Part shown: piece after piece, positions 27,227 through 36,146 of the stretch
Numbering within the stretch: the first letter of the stretch is position 1
Layout: every line of letters starts with the position of its first letter
Source of the DNA: a virus
Lineage: Duplodnaviria > Caudoviricetes
Virus record (IMG/VR): IMGVR_UViG_3300044267_003966
Location: 1-47,119 of that record
Direction: 5' to 3' (one strand)
DNA length: 47,119 nt
Made by a program: the position numbers and the translations under genes
Notes under the pieces: model-generated
Told to the model about the DNA's origin: nothing
The model's input: the letters and a program-made list of their open reading frames with translations, nothing else
Database searches by the model: none

Positions 27227-29163
27227 ATGAAGAAAGGACAAAAAGCAAGAGCAAGGGTTAATAAGGCCTACAATAATCATCAAACTTGCAATGAGTGTAA
27301 AGTATCAAAACCAATAAATAAAGTTACCAAGTCATCATTTGGTGATTGGGTATGCGATGTATGTTGGCCACTATTTGAAATGGAACAATCTTTCACAAAC
27401 TTACTTAGAGGAGGTAAATAATGAACCAAGAAATAGATGAGCCAATGCATGTCCCTCATACAGATGAAATAGAATGGTTTTTCAAGTTCAGAGGTGAACA
27501 TATGGGTGTTATGGACTCAACCAAAGAAGGTGCTTATGGGTTTCTTTATAGCACATATCAAAATGTTTCAGAGGCTGAACTAGATGATGCTTATAGAGGC
27601 AATTCACTAGATGATGAAGAAGAAAGGGTTATTGAACAAATGATAGATAAAAAGAGAGGTAAATAATATGAAAAAATGGTATATAGTTCAATATACAATA
27701 GACACAATTATCAAAGCTGATGATCCTTTGAATGCACTTGTTAATATACAAGAGATTGCATCAGAAGACTTAGGGTCTCGCATAGATGATATAGTATGGG
27801 AAGCTAGTAAAGAAGAAATCAAAGAATATGGTGCTGATTGGGGGGAAGAATAATGCTAATAGTACACGAATTAATCATGACCAAGATTGACGAAGAAACA
27901 GGAGATGAGATATTCTACAGCTATGAAGGTGATTGCAGTTGGATATGTGATATGATAAATGAAGATGATTGCAAACTAATAAAAGGAGAAGAATAAATGA
28001 AAAAATATAAAGTTGCAGTAGAAGAAACCTGTATTTATTACTACATTGTTGAAGCTAATGATGAGGACGAAGCTATGGATATATATTATGAAGTCGACCA
28101 TGTATCAACAAAACCTAAAGATGATGATATTTTATGGGTAGAGGAGGTAAAGAAGAAATCAAAGAATATGGGGAGGAAGGATAATGAGTGAATGGAATAA
28201 GTTGTTTGATATACTGCAAGTGCTAAACCCACAATCAGATGAATACTATAAAGGTGGTGAACTTCCTGCAGAAGAGCAATGGGATGATATATGTCATTAT
28301 ATGGATATACTTAAACAAGATAGAGTAAGTGCTGATGAAGATATATCAAGCATGATACGACTTCTTAGAGATATACATGATGGTAATACAGACACACCTA
28401 AAGAAGATATCAGAAAAGAGTTAATGAAGTATGGTATTGATTTAATTTATAATGAAAGTATAAAAAAGGAGGAATAATGAAAGAAGAATTATTTGTTAAA
28501 TCAAACTACCAGTATATTATAGAACTGAAAAAACAAGTAAAGGACTTGCAAAATCAGGTTAATGACTTGATGATAACTGTAAATAGAATAAACAAAGTGA
28601 TAATAGAAGGAGATCAAGATGATAAATAAAATAAGATGGTGGAATCTTAAAATTGAATGGGATAATGGTACTGAAGAATACATTGATGACATCCCTAACT
28701 ATGTAGCTAAACATGTTGATGAGTTTCTAAGTACAGTAGAGGATGAAAGGTATGAAGAAAAACAAGATAAGGAGAACAGTCAATGAAAAAAGATAATCAT
28801 GACTTTATAGCGAAAGAGTTAATGCCTCTTCCATCATATGATGCATTGTTTGGAGCATTACATAGTATGGCCTTACTTTTATCTGGAGTGATATCTGGGA
28901 AGCTTGAAATGACTGAAGATTTACTGCAAGAGGTAAAAGAAGTGCTAGAATTTGTGGATACAGTACAGTCGATGATGGAAACAGATAGGTTCTCAGAATT
29001 TCTTGATAAAGATAATGAAAGGTTCCACATGGAAGTGAGCGATGCTTGTCACGATCAGGGTGTTGATTATGAAAAGGCTAGAGCAATGATAAGAGCAAAC
29101 AGCGAGATAGGACAGAGAAGGTTTGATATGTCTGTCGAGAAAGCAGAAAAGAAAAAGAACTAA
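27227..29163 (+). other. Second run of small early genes (27227-27421 Zn finger, 27421-27666, 27668-27853, 27997-28191, 28184-28477, 28783-29163 and shorter ORFs between)
   Basis: Contiguous, mostly acidic plus-strand ORFs with AGGAG/GAGG RBS. Confidence 0.75.
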
Positions 29164-29172
29164 ATAAAAGGG

Positions 29173-29201
29173 TTGTTTAGTTACCAAATAAAAGTTATCT
29201 T
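29173..29201 (+). promoter_or_regulatory. Putative sigma70 promoter of the replication operon
   Basis: TTGTTT-N17-TATCTT in the gap before the RHH gene. Confidence 0.45.
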
Positions 29202-29249
29202 ATAGTGTGAGATTTATTCACATTGTAGTAAAAATAAGGAGAATCAACT

Positions 29250-29411
29250 ATGAACAAAGAAAAACAAAGAACATTTCTATTAAAAAATATTCCTGATACA
29301 GAATGGAAGAAGTTTAAGCTAATAACAATTGGAAGGGACTTAACTTTAAATGAGAATTTATTGAGACTCTTGACTGATTATGTTAAATTAAATTACTCAA
29401 AAAGATCATGA
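29250..29411 (+). CDS. Ribbon-helix-helix (Arc-like) regulator, 53 aa (not in ORF track)
   Basis: RTFLLKNIPDTEWKKFK..RDLTLNENLLRLLTDYV; AAGGAG RBS. Confidence 0.7.
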   Translation: MNKEKQRTFLLKNIPDTEWKKFKLITIGRDLTLNENLLRLLTDYVKLNYSKRS

Positions 29412-30202
29412 TGAAAATATCAAAAAAGATAGAAGAAATATATCATGATTTTATTGAATCTGAGAACGATAAGAATGTCGAGGAGAGATACTCAGGGAAA
29501 AAGCAGTACTATCATATTAGTGCTGTTGGGATGTGTAGTCGTAGGCTGTATTTTGAATCTATAGATCAAATTAAACCAACAAATAAACCAAATGAGAGAT
29601 CATCGAGAATAATGCGACTAGGAAGTTTAGTGCATGAAGATATTCAAAATGCCCTCTCTATATATAGCAATAATACTTATAGCAATAATACTTATAGCGA
29701 TGATATTTATAGCAAAGAAAAAAAATATTTAGATATAAAAAAAAGAAATCCAAAGCTATTTAGTATTGAAAGAGAGGTTATTGTTGACGACTTAAACATA
29801 AGAGGTTTTTATGATTTGGTTGTTCATAGCGAAGGGGTTCATTTGATTGACTTTAAAACTATTGCATCATGGCCTTACAAAAAAAAGTTTGGAAGAAATC
29901 CTGTAATGGATAATTCTAACCACCATGAGTTGCAAGTTGCTAGTTATGGATTAGGAGTTATCAAAGAATTTGGGAGGTTGGATAGTATGAGTCTATGTTA
30001 CTACAACAAAGACAATTCAAGGCTTAAATTTCATCCAATTTCAATGATGTATCTTGATCAGGCTAAGACTTACTGGGAGCAAATAAACGAAGAACATAAA
30101 CGAGGATTACCATCATTTAAAATGGGTACATCACCTAAGGCAGAATGGGTATGTAACTACTGCTCATTTGCTGATCATTGTGGTAGTCCTTACAAAAAAT
30201 AG
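29408..30202 (+). CDS. Cas4-like PD-(D/E)XK exonuclease
   Basis: SAVGMC..R, GSLVHE, E..RGFYD..LIDFKT, QVASY, C-terminal CNYCSFADHC (Fe-S-type Cys set). Confidence 0.9.
   Translation: MMKISKKIEEIYHDFIESENDKNVEERYSGKKQYYHISAVGMCSRRLYFESIDQIKPTNKPNERSSRIMRLGSLVHEDIQNALSIYSNNTYSNNTYSDDIYSKEKKYLDIKKRNPKLFSIEREVIVDDLNIRGFYDLVVHSEGVHLIDFKTIASWPYKKKFGRNPVMDNSNHHELQVASYGLGVIKEFGRLDSMSLCYYNKDNSRLKFHPISMMYLDQAKTYWEQINEEHKRGLPSFKMGTSPKAEWVCNYCSFADHCGSPYKK
29663..29748. repeat. TATAGC array B (4 boxes, 15 bp spacing) plus A-tract inside the exonuclease gene
   Basis: TATAGC at 29663, 29678, 29693, 29708; encodes YSNNT-YSNNT-YSDDI-YSKEKK. Confidence 0.9.
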
Positions 30203-30211
30203 AGGTATAAT

Positions 30212-30820
30212 ATGTCAATTAGAGCTGAATTAAAATTTAAGAATGGAGTTTTTATGTCTGCTTTAGAGAGGATAGGATATAAATCAGTTGCAGAGTATGG
30301 AAGAGAAACAGGAATTAGTTATAGCACTCTCATACCTTATGCTAATTTATATTCAGTACCACAAGACCCTAAAGTGAGAAAAAAAATGATTGAAACTTTA
30401 TTTGAAGATGAATATACATTATTCGTTCAATTTGAAGAAGTCATAGATGCAAAGAAAAAGATGCCTAAATTAACGAGAAGTATTCCAATAGATCAGTTTG
30501 TAGAACTAGGCAGTACAGAACTGTTAAAATTAGAATCTGATGATATAGTAGATGAATATATTGACGATGAGTCTTTAAAAGAAGATATTAAAGATTCAAT
30601 GTCCACTCTAAAAGATAGAGAGAGGCAGGTTCTGAAAATGTACTTTGGGTTGGAAGGGGAAAAGCCTCTAGATTTAAATGAAATAGCCAAGATATTTAAA
30701 TTAAAGAGAGAAAGGATTAGACAGATAAAAGAAAAAGCAATAAGAAGATTAAGGCATAAGTCAAGGTCTACTAATTTAAAAAAATATCCAGCCTCATATG
30801 TTATGATGGAAGATAGATAA
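30212..30820 (+). CDS. HTH plus sigma70 region-4 protein (no region 2)
   Basis: C-terminal LKDRERQVLKMYFGL..LNEIAKIF..RERIRQIKEKAIRRLRH; N-terminal SVAEYGRETGISYSTL HTH. Confidence 0.85.
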   Translation: MSIRAELKFKNGVFMSALERIGYKSVAEYGRETGISYSTLIPYANLYSVPQDPKVRKKMIETLFEDEYTLFVQFEEVIDAKKKMPKLTRSIPIDQFVELGSTELLKLESDDIVDEYIDDESLKEDIKDSMSTLKDRERQVLKMYFGLEGEKPLDLNEIAKIFKLKRERIRQIKEKAIRRLRHKSRSTNLKKYPASYVMMEDR

Positions 30821-30846
30821 AAAAATAAAAAATAAGGAGAAATGAG

Positions 30847-31239
30847 ATGAACATGAGAGATTTATTCAACAAGTATTCATTCCTTTCTAAAAGTGAAGGG
30901 GTGGACTTTTGGAAGTGTCATAACAGCTACATATTAACTCATGATGCTGTTACTAAGATAGCAAACTATGAACAGATAGAAATGGTAAGCATAGAGTCTA
31001 TTTTAAGCACTGATACAAATGTTAGATTCCTGATAACTATGAAGGATAGAAAAGGAAAGCAAGTAACAACAGTTGGCGAGGCAAGTAAGATAAATTGTAA
31101 GAATGTATACTATGGAGCAATGGCTGAGAAGAGGGGCATAGATAGAGCAGTCCTTAAATTAATTAATGCCTATGAGTATGGTGTATATTCAGAAGTAGAA
31201 GCAGATGATTTTAAAAATACAACAGAGGAGAAAAAATAA
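30847..31239 (+). CDS. Putative ssDNA-annealing/recombination protein
   Basis: GEAS..N..YYGAMAEKRGIDRAVLKL..VYSEVEADDF; between exonuclease and SSB. Confidence 0.55.
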   Translation: MNMRDLFNKYSFLSKSEGVDFWKCHNSYILTHDAVTKIANYEQIEMVSIESILSTDTNVRFLITMKDRKGKQVTTVGEASKINCKNVYYGAMAEKRGIDRAVLKLINAYEYGVYSEVEADDFKNTTEEKK

Positions 31240-31859
31240 TGAATGAACAAATGTTAAACGATGCAATAAATACACCAAGTGTCAATAAAGAAGGAAAATC
31301 TAAATATCCTGAATGGATTCCAATGGTAGAAGGTGAGCATTTTGGCCATATAGTTAAAGCTGATACCAGGAAAGTAACATGGGAGAAAGAAGGCATTGAT
31401 TATGAAGCTACAGTGTATAATTTCTTTGTAGAGATATCACCTGAAAATGCACAAAATAAATTTACCTACCAAAAAGATGGTGTAGATCAACATGTAGATG
31501 GTTCATCTTATGCAGGGAAGAAGATAAAAGCTAAAGGTATCTTTAGAATAACAAAACCTACTAATGATGCTAATGCACAATACATAAGATTTTGTGATGA
31601 TCTAGGCCTTTCACTTACAGATAAAAAGGCAATTGTTGATGGGAAGGAAGTTATGATAAAAGAGTTGCCTGAATTGACTACTGACTTTATGGAAGGTAAA
31701 CCTGTAATTGCTGTCATTAAGGAAGGAAAACCTTGGACTAACAAAGATGGAGATCAGAAAAAAGGTTGGGAAGTTAAGTTTATTAAGGCATGGACTAATG
31801 GTAAACAAAAACAAGTTGTTGCTGAGAAACCTGTCAGCGATGACGATCTTCCTTTTTAA
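31239..31859 (+). CDS. Single-stranded DNA-binding protein
   Basis: Acidic C-terminal tip DDDLPF; OB-like beta content. Confidence 0.75.
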   Translation: MNEQMLNDAINTPSVNKEGKSKYPEWIPMVEGEHFGHIVKADTRKVTWEKEGIDYEATVYNFFVEISPENAQNKFTYQKDGVDQHVDGSSYAGKKIKAKGIFRITKPTNDANAQYIRFCDDLGLSLTDKKAIVDGKEVMIKELPELTTDFMEGKPVIAVIKEGKPWTNKDGDQKKGWEVKFIKAWTNGKQKQVVAEKPVSDDDLPF

Positions 31860-31993
31860 TGAAAGCTAAAGTGACACCAATCAAGGCAATGTTTATAAGG
31901 CTCTTGGTTCACCTTTTTAAGAGAAATCCTATAAAGGTTGCTAAGATGTTTAAAATATCAAGAGCCACAATATATAGGCACTTAAAGAAATAA
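31859..31993 (+). CDS. Small HTH protein, 44 aa (not in ORF track)
   Basis: KVAKMFKISRATIYRHLK, resolvase-type HTH; TAATG coupling to SSB. Confidence 0.75.
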   Translation: MKAKVTPIKAMFIRLLVHLFKRNPIKVAKMFKISRATIYRHLKK

Positions 31994-32167
31994 TGCAGAC
32001 AAACAAACAGCACATCAGCACATTACAGCTAGGAGCTTCGTGTGTAATGATGAACAACATAAACAATTAGCACTTTATTAAGTGCTTTTTGCAAGGGATT
32101 AGAATTGAGTGGCTGAAAGTTGCACTAGGTTTCGGTTGAGACAGCATAAAAACTTCAGTCTGCATTA
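31991..32167 (+). ncRNA. Candidate structured RNA 1
   Basis: 10-bp closing stem TAATGCAGAC/GTCTGCATTA enclosing at least three hairpins. Confidence 0.5.
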
Positions 32168-32188
32168 GATTTGATGATGTATAGGGAA

Positions 32189-32286
32189 ATGCTAGGGTAT
32201 GTAGGTTTTAGAGTCTGGTTAACTCTATGGTCTTTATTCATGACCATCCTTATTTCCTGCTTGCTGAGGAATCAGCACCCTAGCAT
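32189..32286 (+). ncRNA. Candidate structured RNA 2
   Basis: 10-bp closing stem ATGCTAGGGT/ACCCTAGCAT, nested multi-branch fold, GGAA tetraloop hairpin. Confidence 0.55.
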
Positions 32287-32301
32287 AAATTTAGGAGGAG
32301 T

Positions 32302-32490
32302 ATGAGAAAGCCAGGACAAGTAACATATAAAGATAGAGTTAAAAATATCAGAGAGTGTAACATATGCAGTAAAAAAGAAACTGAAGTTGAGTTTTATTTG
32401 AGATATAGAACAATATGCAAGAAGTGTCATAACAATCAATCTAAAAATAGGTATGCAAAGAATAAAAAGAAAATGAGGGGGTATTGGTAA
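32302..32490 (+). CDS. Zn-finger basic protein
   Basis: CNIC...EFY...CKKC; AGGAGG RBS. Confidence 0.75.
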   Translation: MRKPGQVTYKDRVKNIRECNICSKKETEVEFYLRYRTICKKCHNNQSKNRYAKNKKKMRGYW

Positions 32491-32795
32491 TGAAGCATGA
32501 GGTTATGTGTAAAAGGATAGAAAGTATATTTATGCAAGTCTTAAAGACTCACAAAGAGGGGCAGAAAGAGTATGCAAGAAATACTGATGATGTCTTTGCT
32601 AACTTTAAAAGGGTTGCTGACTTTGCTGATATCAGTAAAGAAAAAGCTGCTTTAACATATCTTATTAAGCATATAGATGGTATATCTGCTTATGTTAATG
32701 GCCACAGATCTCAAAGGGAAGGTGTTAGAGGCAGGCTAACTGATGCTATTACCTATCTATGCATACTCTGGGGGATGTTTGATGAAGTCGAATAA
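32484..32795 (+). CDS. Nucleotide-modification-associated domain (DUF1599/MazG-like) protein
   Basis: KEYA..DVFANF, YLIKH, GRLTDAITYLCIL. Confidence 0.65.
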   Translation: MVMKHEVMCKRIESIFMQVLKTHKEGQKEYARNTDDVFANFKRVADFADISKEKAALTYLIKHIDGISAYVNGHRSQREGVRGRLTDAITYLCILWGMFDEVE

Positions 32796-33042
32796 ACTTA
32801 AAGATATGATATGCGAGTATAACGAAGAATCTTTACTTGCTGATGGATTTGATGATGCTGTTATAGGTATGGTAGATGGTTTTGCCGAAAACCCTGTTGT
32901 TTTATATGATAAGGATAAATGTATAGAAATACTTTGTAAAGAGATGCCTATAGAGGAAGCAGTTGAATATTTTAATTTTAATATAATGGGAGCATATGTA
33001 GGAGAGAATACACCTAAATTTGCTGTCTTATTTAACAAATAA
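32782..33042 (+). CDS. Conserved phage hypothetical protein
   Basis: LLADGFDDAVIG..EEAVEYFNFNIMGAYVGENTP. Confidence 0.8.
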   Translation: MKSNKLKDMICEYNEESLLADGFDDAVIGMVDGFAENPVVLYDKDKCIEILCKEMPIEEAVEYFNFNIMGAYVGENTPKFAVLFNK

Positions 33043-33044
33043 AC

Positions 33045-33113
33045 TATGGGTAGTTCATCAAGCCAAAAATCTTCCTTAATTACACCTAAAGATAAAAAGG
33101 TGTTCTACCCATA
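33045..33113 (+). ncRNA. Candidate structured element 3
   Basis: 9-bp stem TATGGGTAG/CTACCCATA enclosing an ACACCT/AGGTGT hairpin. Confidence 0.4.
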
Positions 33114-33121
33114 AAGATTTA

Positions 33122-33634
33122 ATGAAAAAAACACCAGAACAAAAAATAAAGGAGTATTTTAATATGGATTATCAACAATCGTTTTCAGAAAGGATAAAGC
33201 TGTCCCCTGCAGAAGATCAGCTTGAGATTCACTACAACTCAAAACCTAATACTAAAATTCATAAATTTGGATTTGATGCAACAAATGATAGACTACCTGC
33301 AAAGTTTTTCTTTAAAATAAATCCATTTATAAGGAATAGGCCTGACTATATAGCAATAGATAAAAAGGCTTACTTTTTAGAAGCTAAAGGTTGCAGGGAT
33401 ATTGCTAAATTTAAAATTGATGATTTGAAGTCTTATGCTAAGTGGAGTGAGTTTATGCCTCTTAGTTTTTTTGTCTTCAGTACAACATTTCAGAAAACTG
33501 TACAATTCTCAATTCATCAGTTGAGAACATTGATATCAAAAAAAGATTATAAAATTGAAAGGTATGATGATAATAATAAAGAATATTATCCTGTTCCATT
33601 TAAAGATTTATTAGCACTTAACAAGTTAAAATAA
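33122..33634 (+). CDS. PD-(D/E)XK-family nuclease-like protein
   Basis: RPDYIA....FLEAKG. Confidence 0.65.
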   Translation: MKKTPEQKIKEYFNMDYQQSFSERIKLSPAEDQLEIHYNSKPNTKIHKFGFDATNDRLPAKFFFKINPFIRNRPDYIAIDKKAYFLEAKGCRDIAKFKIDDLKSYAKWSEFMPLSFFVFSTTFQKTVQFSIHQLRTLISKKDYKIERYDDNNKEYYPVPFKDLLALNKLK

Positions 33635-33644
33635 AGGAGGCAGT

Positions 33645-34765
33645 ATGGGAAGAGCCATAGATATGGAAAATGCAATAGATAGATTAGGAAGAGAACTCGA
33701 AGGTTTAAAGAGGACTCTTAATGAGATATTGGTGGCTGTTGGGGATAAAAAGAAATCTAATCCCAAACCAACCAAGAAACAAAAAACAGTCATGCAAGAG
33801 CAAAGGGAATCTTCGATAGATAAGAATCCACAAGGTACTACAGATTAACAAACATATGATATATAAGGGGAAAGTTAATGCTTTTAAATGTGTGCGATGT
33901 AATGATTATAAGCATAAATCCCCTATGTATCTATGGATTGGTGTGATCACGAAGGAGGAGTTAGGTAGTGTGTGTCAAAAATGTGCTATAACTGAAGTTT
34001 TTGGAGGTAACTATCGAAATAATAAAAAATATCAACAATGGAGGACAGATAATGGCAAAACCTAAGAGGCCAAAACCTACAAATAAAGACTTTGAGATTG
34101 CTCTTGTTAATATTATGAAGAGATTAAATGAGATCGAATATAAATTTAATGCTTTTGACAATCTTTTCGGCTTATATTTAGAATGGAAAAAAGAAACTAA
34201 AAAGTTTCATAACTATGTGCAAGTCAAGGCCAAAAGAAGCATAGAGAAGTCAAAAAGTGAAAAGTGAGCTAAGAATTATTTTTCTTGCAGAAGATGGGAA
34301 ACCTTTTTTTACAGAAGAGGAGGCCATTATGCATGAAAACAAATCACAACAAAACGAAAAAGAGGTAGATATGACTGTAGTCGATCTAATAAAAAAGGTA
34401 ATTGAAGATAATAATTGGGGTATATACTATAAATCAAAACCAATACAAAACCTTCAAGTACAAGATGGTGTTCCTCTCTTAAGGGTTAATGAAGTTGATC
34501 TTGCTACTGTTTCTGACGAGCTAAGTAAAGCACTTAACGAACTGGAAAATAAATTATGCAAGATACAGGAACATTCGCAAGCAAGTTCGAAACAAGAGAA
34601 GAGTTAGATGACTGGATTTTAAGGTTTTACGAAGATCGTATTGAGTTTTACCTTAAATTTTTAGGAAGAAGGACATCTAACAATGTTGTTGTTACTCACA
34701 AAGTGATCAAAAAGACAATGGAAAGGTATTTACAACTCTTGTCAAAAAAAAATATAGTACTTTAA
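33645..34765 (+). other. Run of small hypothetical genes (33645-33848, 33856-34065 Zn finger, 34052-34267, 34257-34607, 34556-34765)
   Basis: Contiguous plus-strand ORFs ahead of dnaB. Confidence 0.7.
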
Positions 34766-34793
34766 AAAACCAAACCACAAATAAGGAGATATC

Positions 34794-36146
34794 ATGAATA
34801 CAATTTTACCATACGATAACAATTTAGAGGATATGGTATTAGGGACACTTATCCATAATCCTGGACATATTGATATAATTTCTGAATATATTGCTAATGA
34901 TAATGTATTTAATACCACTAGAGCTAAACATCTTTGGCATCTTTTAAATAAACTTAAATTAAATGGTGAGCATATAGACCTTATAACTGTTTGTTCCCAT
35001 CTCACACAAGAACATCAAAGATATGGACTTAATAAGATATATATTGTTGATATTACTACTGACACCTGTCTAAAGGAGCAATCAACTGTATATGCTAGAA
35101 GAATGTATGAGCATTATCTTTTAAGAGAAGTTATTGTAAAGACTCAAAATATACAGCAAATGGCTAAAGAGAATAAATCTGAAACATTCGATGTTTTAAA
35201 TTCCACACATAATTTAATTGGTAGGTTGATAGAGCTAAAGCCTGATAAAAAGTTTGATATAGAATCTGAAGTAATGGAAGCTATTGAATCTATTACAAGC
35301 ACAGAATCTAAATTAGTTAGAACAGACTATCCTGATATAGACAGATTTTCAGGTGGTTTAACGAGAGGGGAGATAACTATTATTGGTGGTAGGCCAGGAC
35401 ATGGAAAATCCACATTTCTTATAAATCTTCTATCTCACTTCTTAGGATCAGGGCAAAGAGTATTGCTTTTTAATAGAGAGTTGACAAATGTAGAGGTATT
35501 AAAAAAGATAATAACACTAGAAAGCCAGAAGCTGTCATACACTAATGTAAGGAAAGGGGTTTATGATGATGTATCTATTAAAGAGTTGGAGAGAGTTAAA
35601 ACCTTAATAACTAAGAAATATAGTGAAGAAAACTTTAAAATGTTTGATAATATAAGGGATTTACCTAAAACTATTAATGAAATTAAGAAATTTAAGCCTG
35701 ATGTGGTATTAGATGATTATATACAGTTGGTTAATTTAGGCACAAGAGATGACTCAAGGTTAGATCGAAGGCTTCAATTAGAAAAACTTGTATCAGATTA
35801 TAAGTGGGCATTAAAAGAAACTAAATGTGTTGGGGTTTTAGCTTCACAGTTAAATAGAGCATTAGAGACAAGAGGAGATGCAAGGCCTAGATTGTCTGAC
35901 TTAGCTGAGAGTGGAGCAATAGAACAGATTGCAGAGAATGTTTTCTTTGTTTATTATAAATATAAAACATCAGGTAGGCCTGAGGACAGAAAAGACATAA
36001 TGATAATAGCATCTAAAGTTAGATATGGGGATTCAGGTGATGTTATGTTGAAATATGATGGTGATCATGTTATTATGTATGATCCTAGAGGTATTGTGCC
36101 TGACAGACTAGTCAAGGAGGTTGAAAATGAAAAACTCCCATTCTAA
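34794..36146 (+). CDS. dnaB: Replicative DnaB-like helicase
   Basis: DnaB N-domain (EDMVLGTLI, IDLITV), Walker A GGRPGHGKS, DDYIQL, SQLNR..E.R, PRLSDLAESGAIEQ. Confidence 0.95.
   Translation: MNTILPYDNNLEDMVLGTLIHNPGHIDIISEYIANDNVFNTTRAKHLWHLLNKLKLNGEHIDLITVCSHLTQEHQRYGLNKIYIVDITTDTCLKEQSTVYARRMYEHYLLREVIVKTQNIQQMAKENKSETFDVLNSTHNLIGRLIELKPDKKFDIESEVMEAIESITSTESKLVRTDYPDIDRFSGGLTRGEITIIGGRPGHGKSTFLINLLSHFLGSGQRVLLFNRELTNVEVLKKIITLESQKLSYTNVRKGVYDDVSIKELERVKTLITKKYSEENFKMFDNIRDLPKTINEIKKFKPDVVLDDYIQLVNLGTRDDSRLDRRLQLEKLVSDYKWALKETKCVGVLASQLNRALETRGDARPRLSDLAESGAIEQIAENVFFVYYKYKTSGRPEDRKDIMIIASKVRYGDSGDVMLKYDGDHVIMYDPRGIVPDRLVKEVENEKLPF

Noticed and set aside
32186-32277. Hammerhead ribozyme (CTGAGGA and GAAA present)
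   Set aside because: Stem II cannot form between the two core strands in any permutation I tried.
31991-32286. tRNA, tmRNA or retron msr-msd
   Set aside because: No TTC T-loop or CCA acceptor geometry, no tag ORF, and no reverse transcriptase in the genome.
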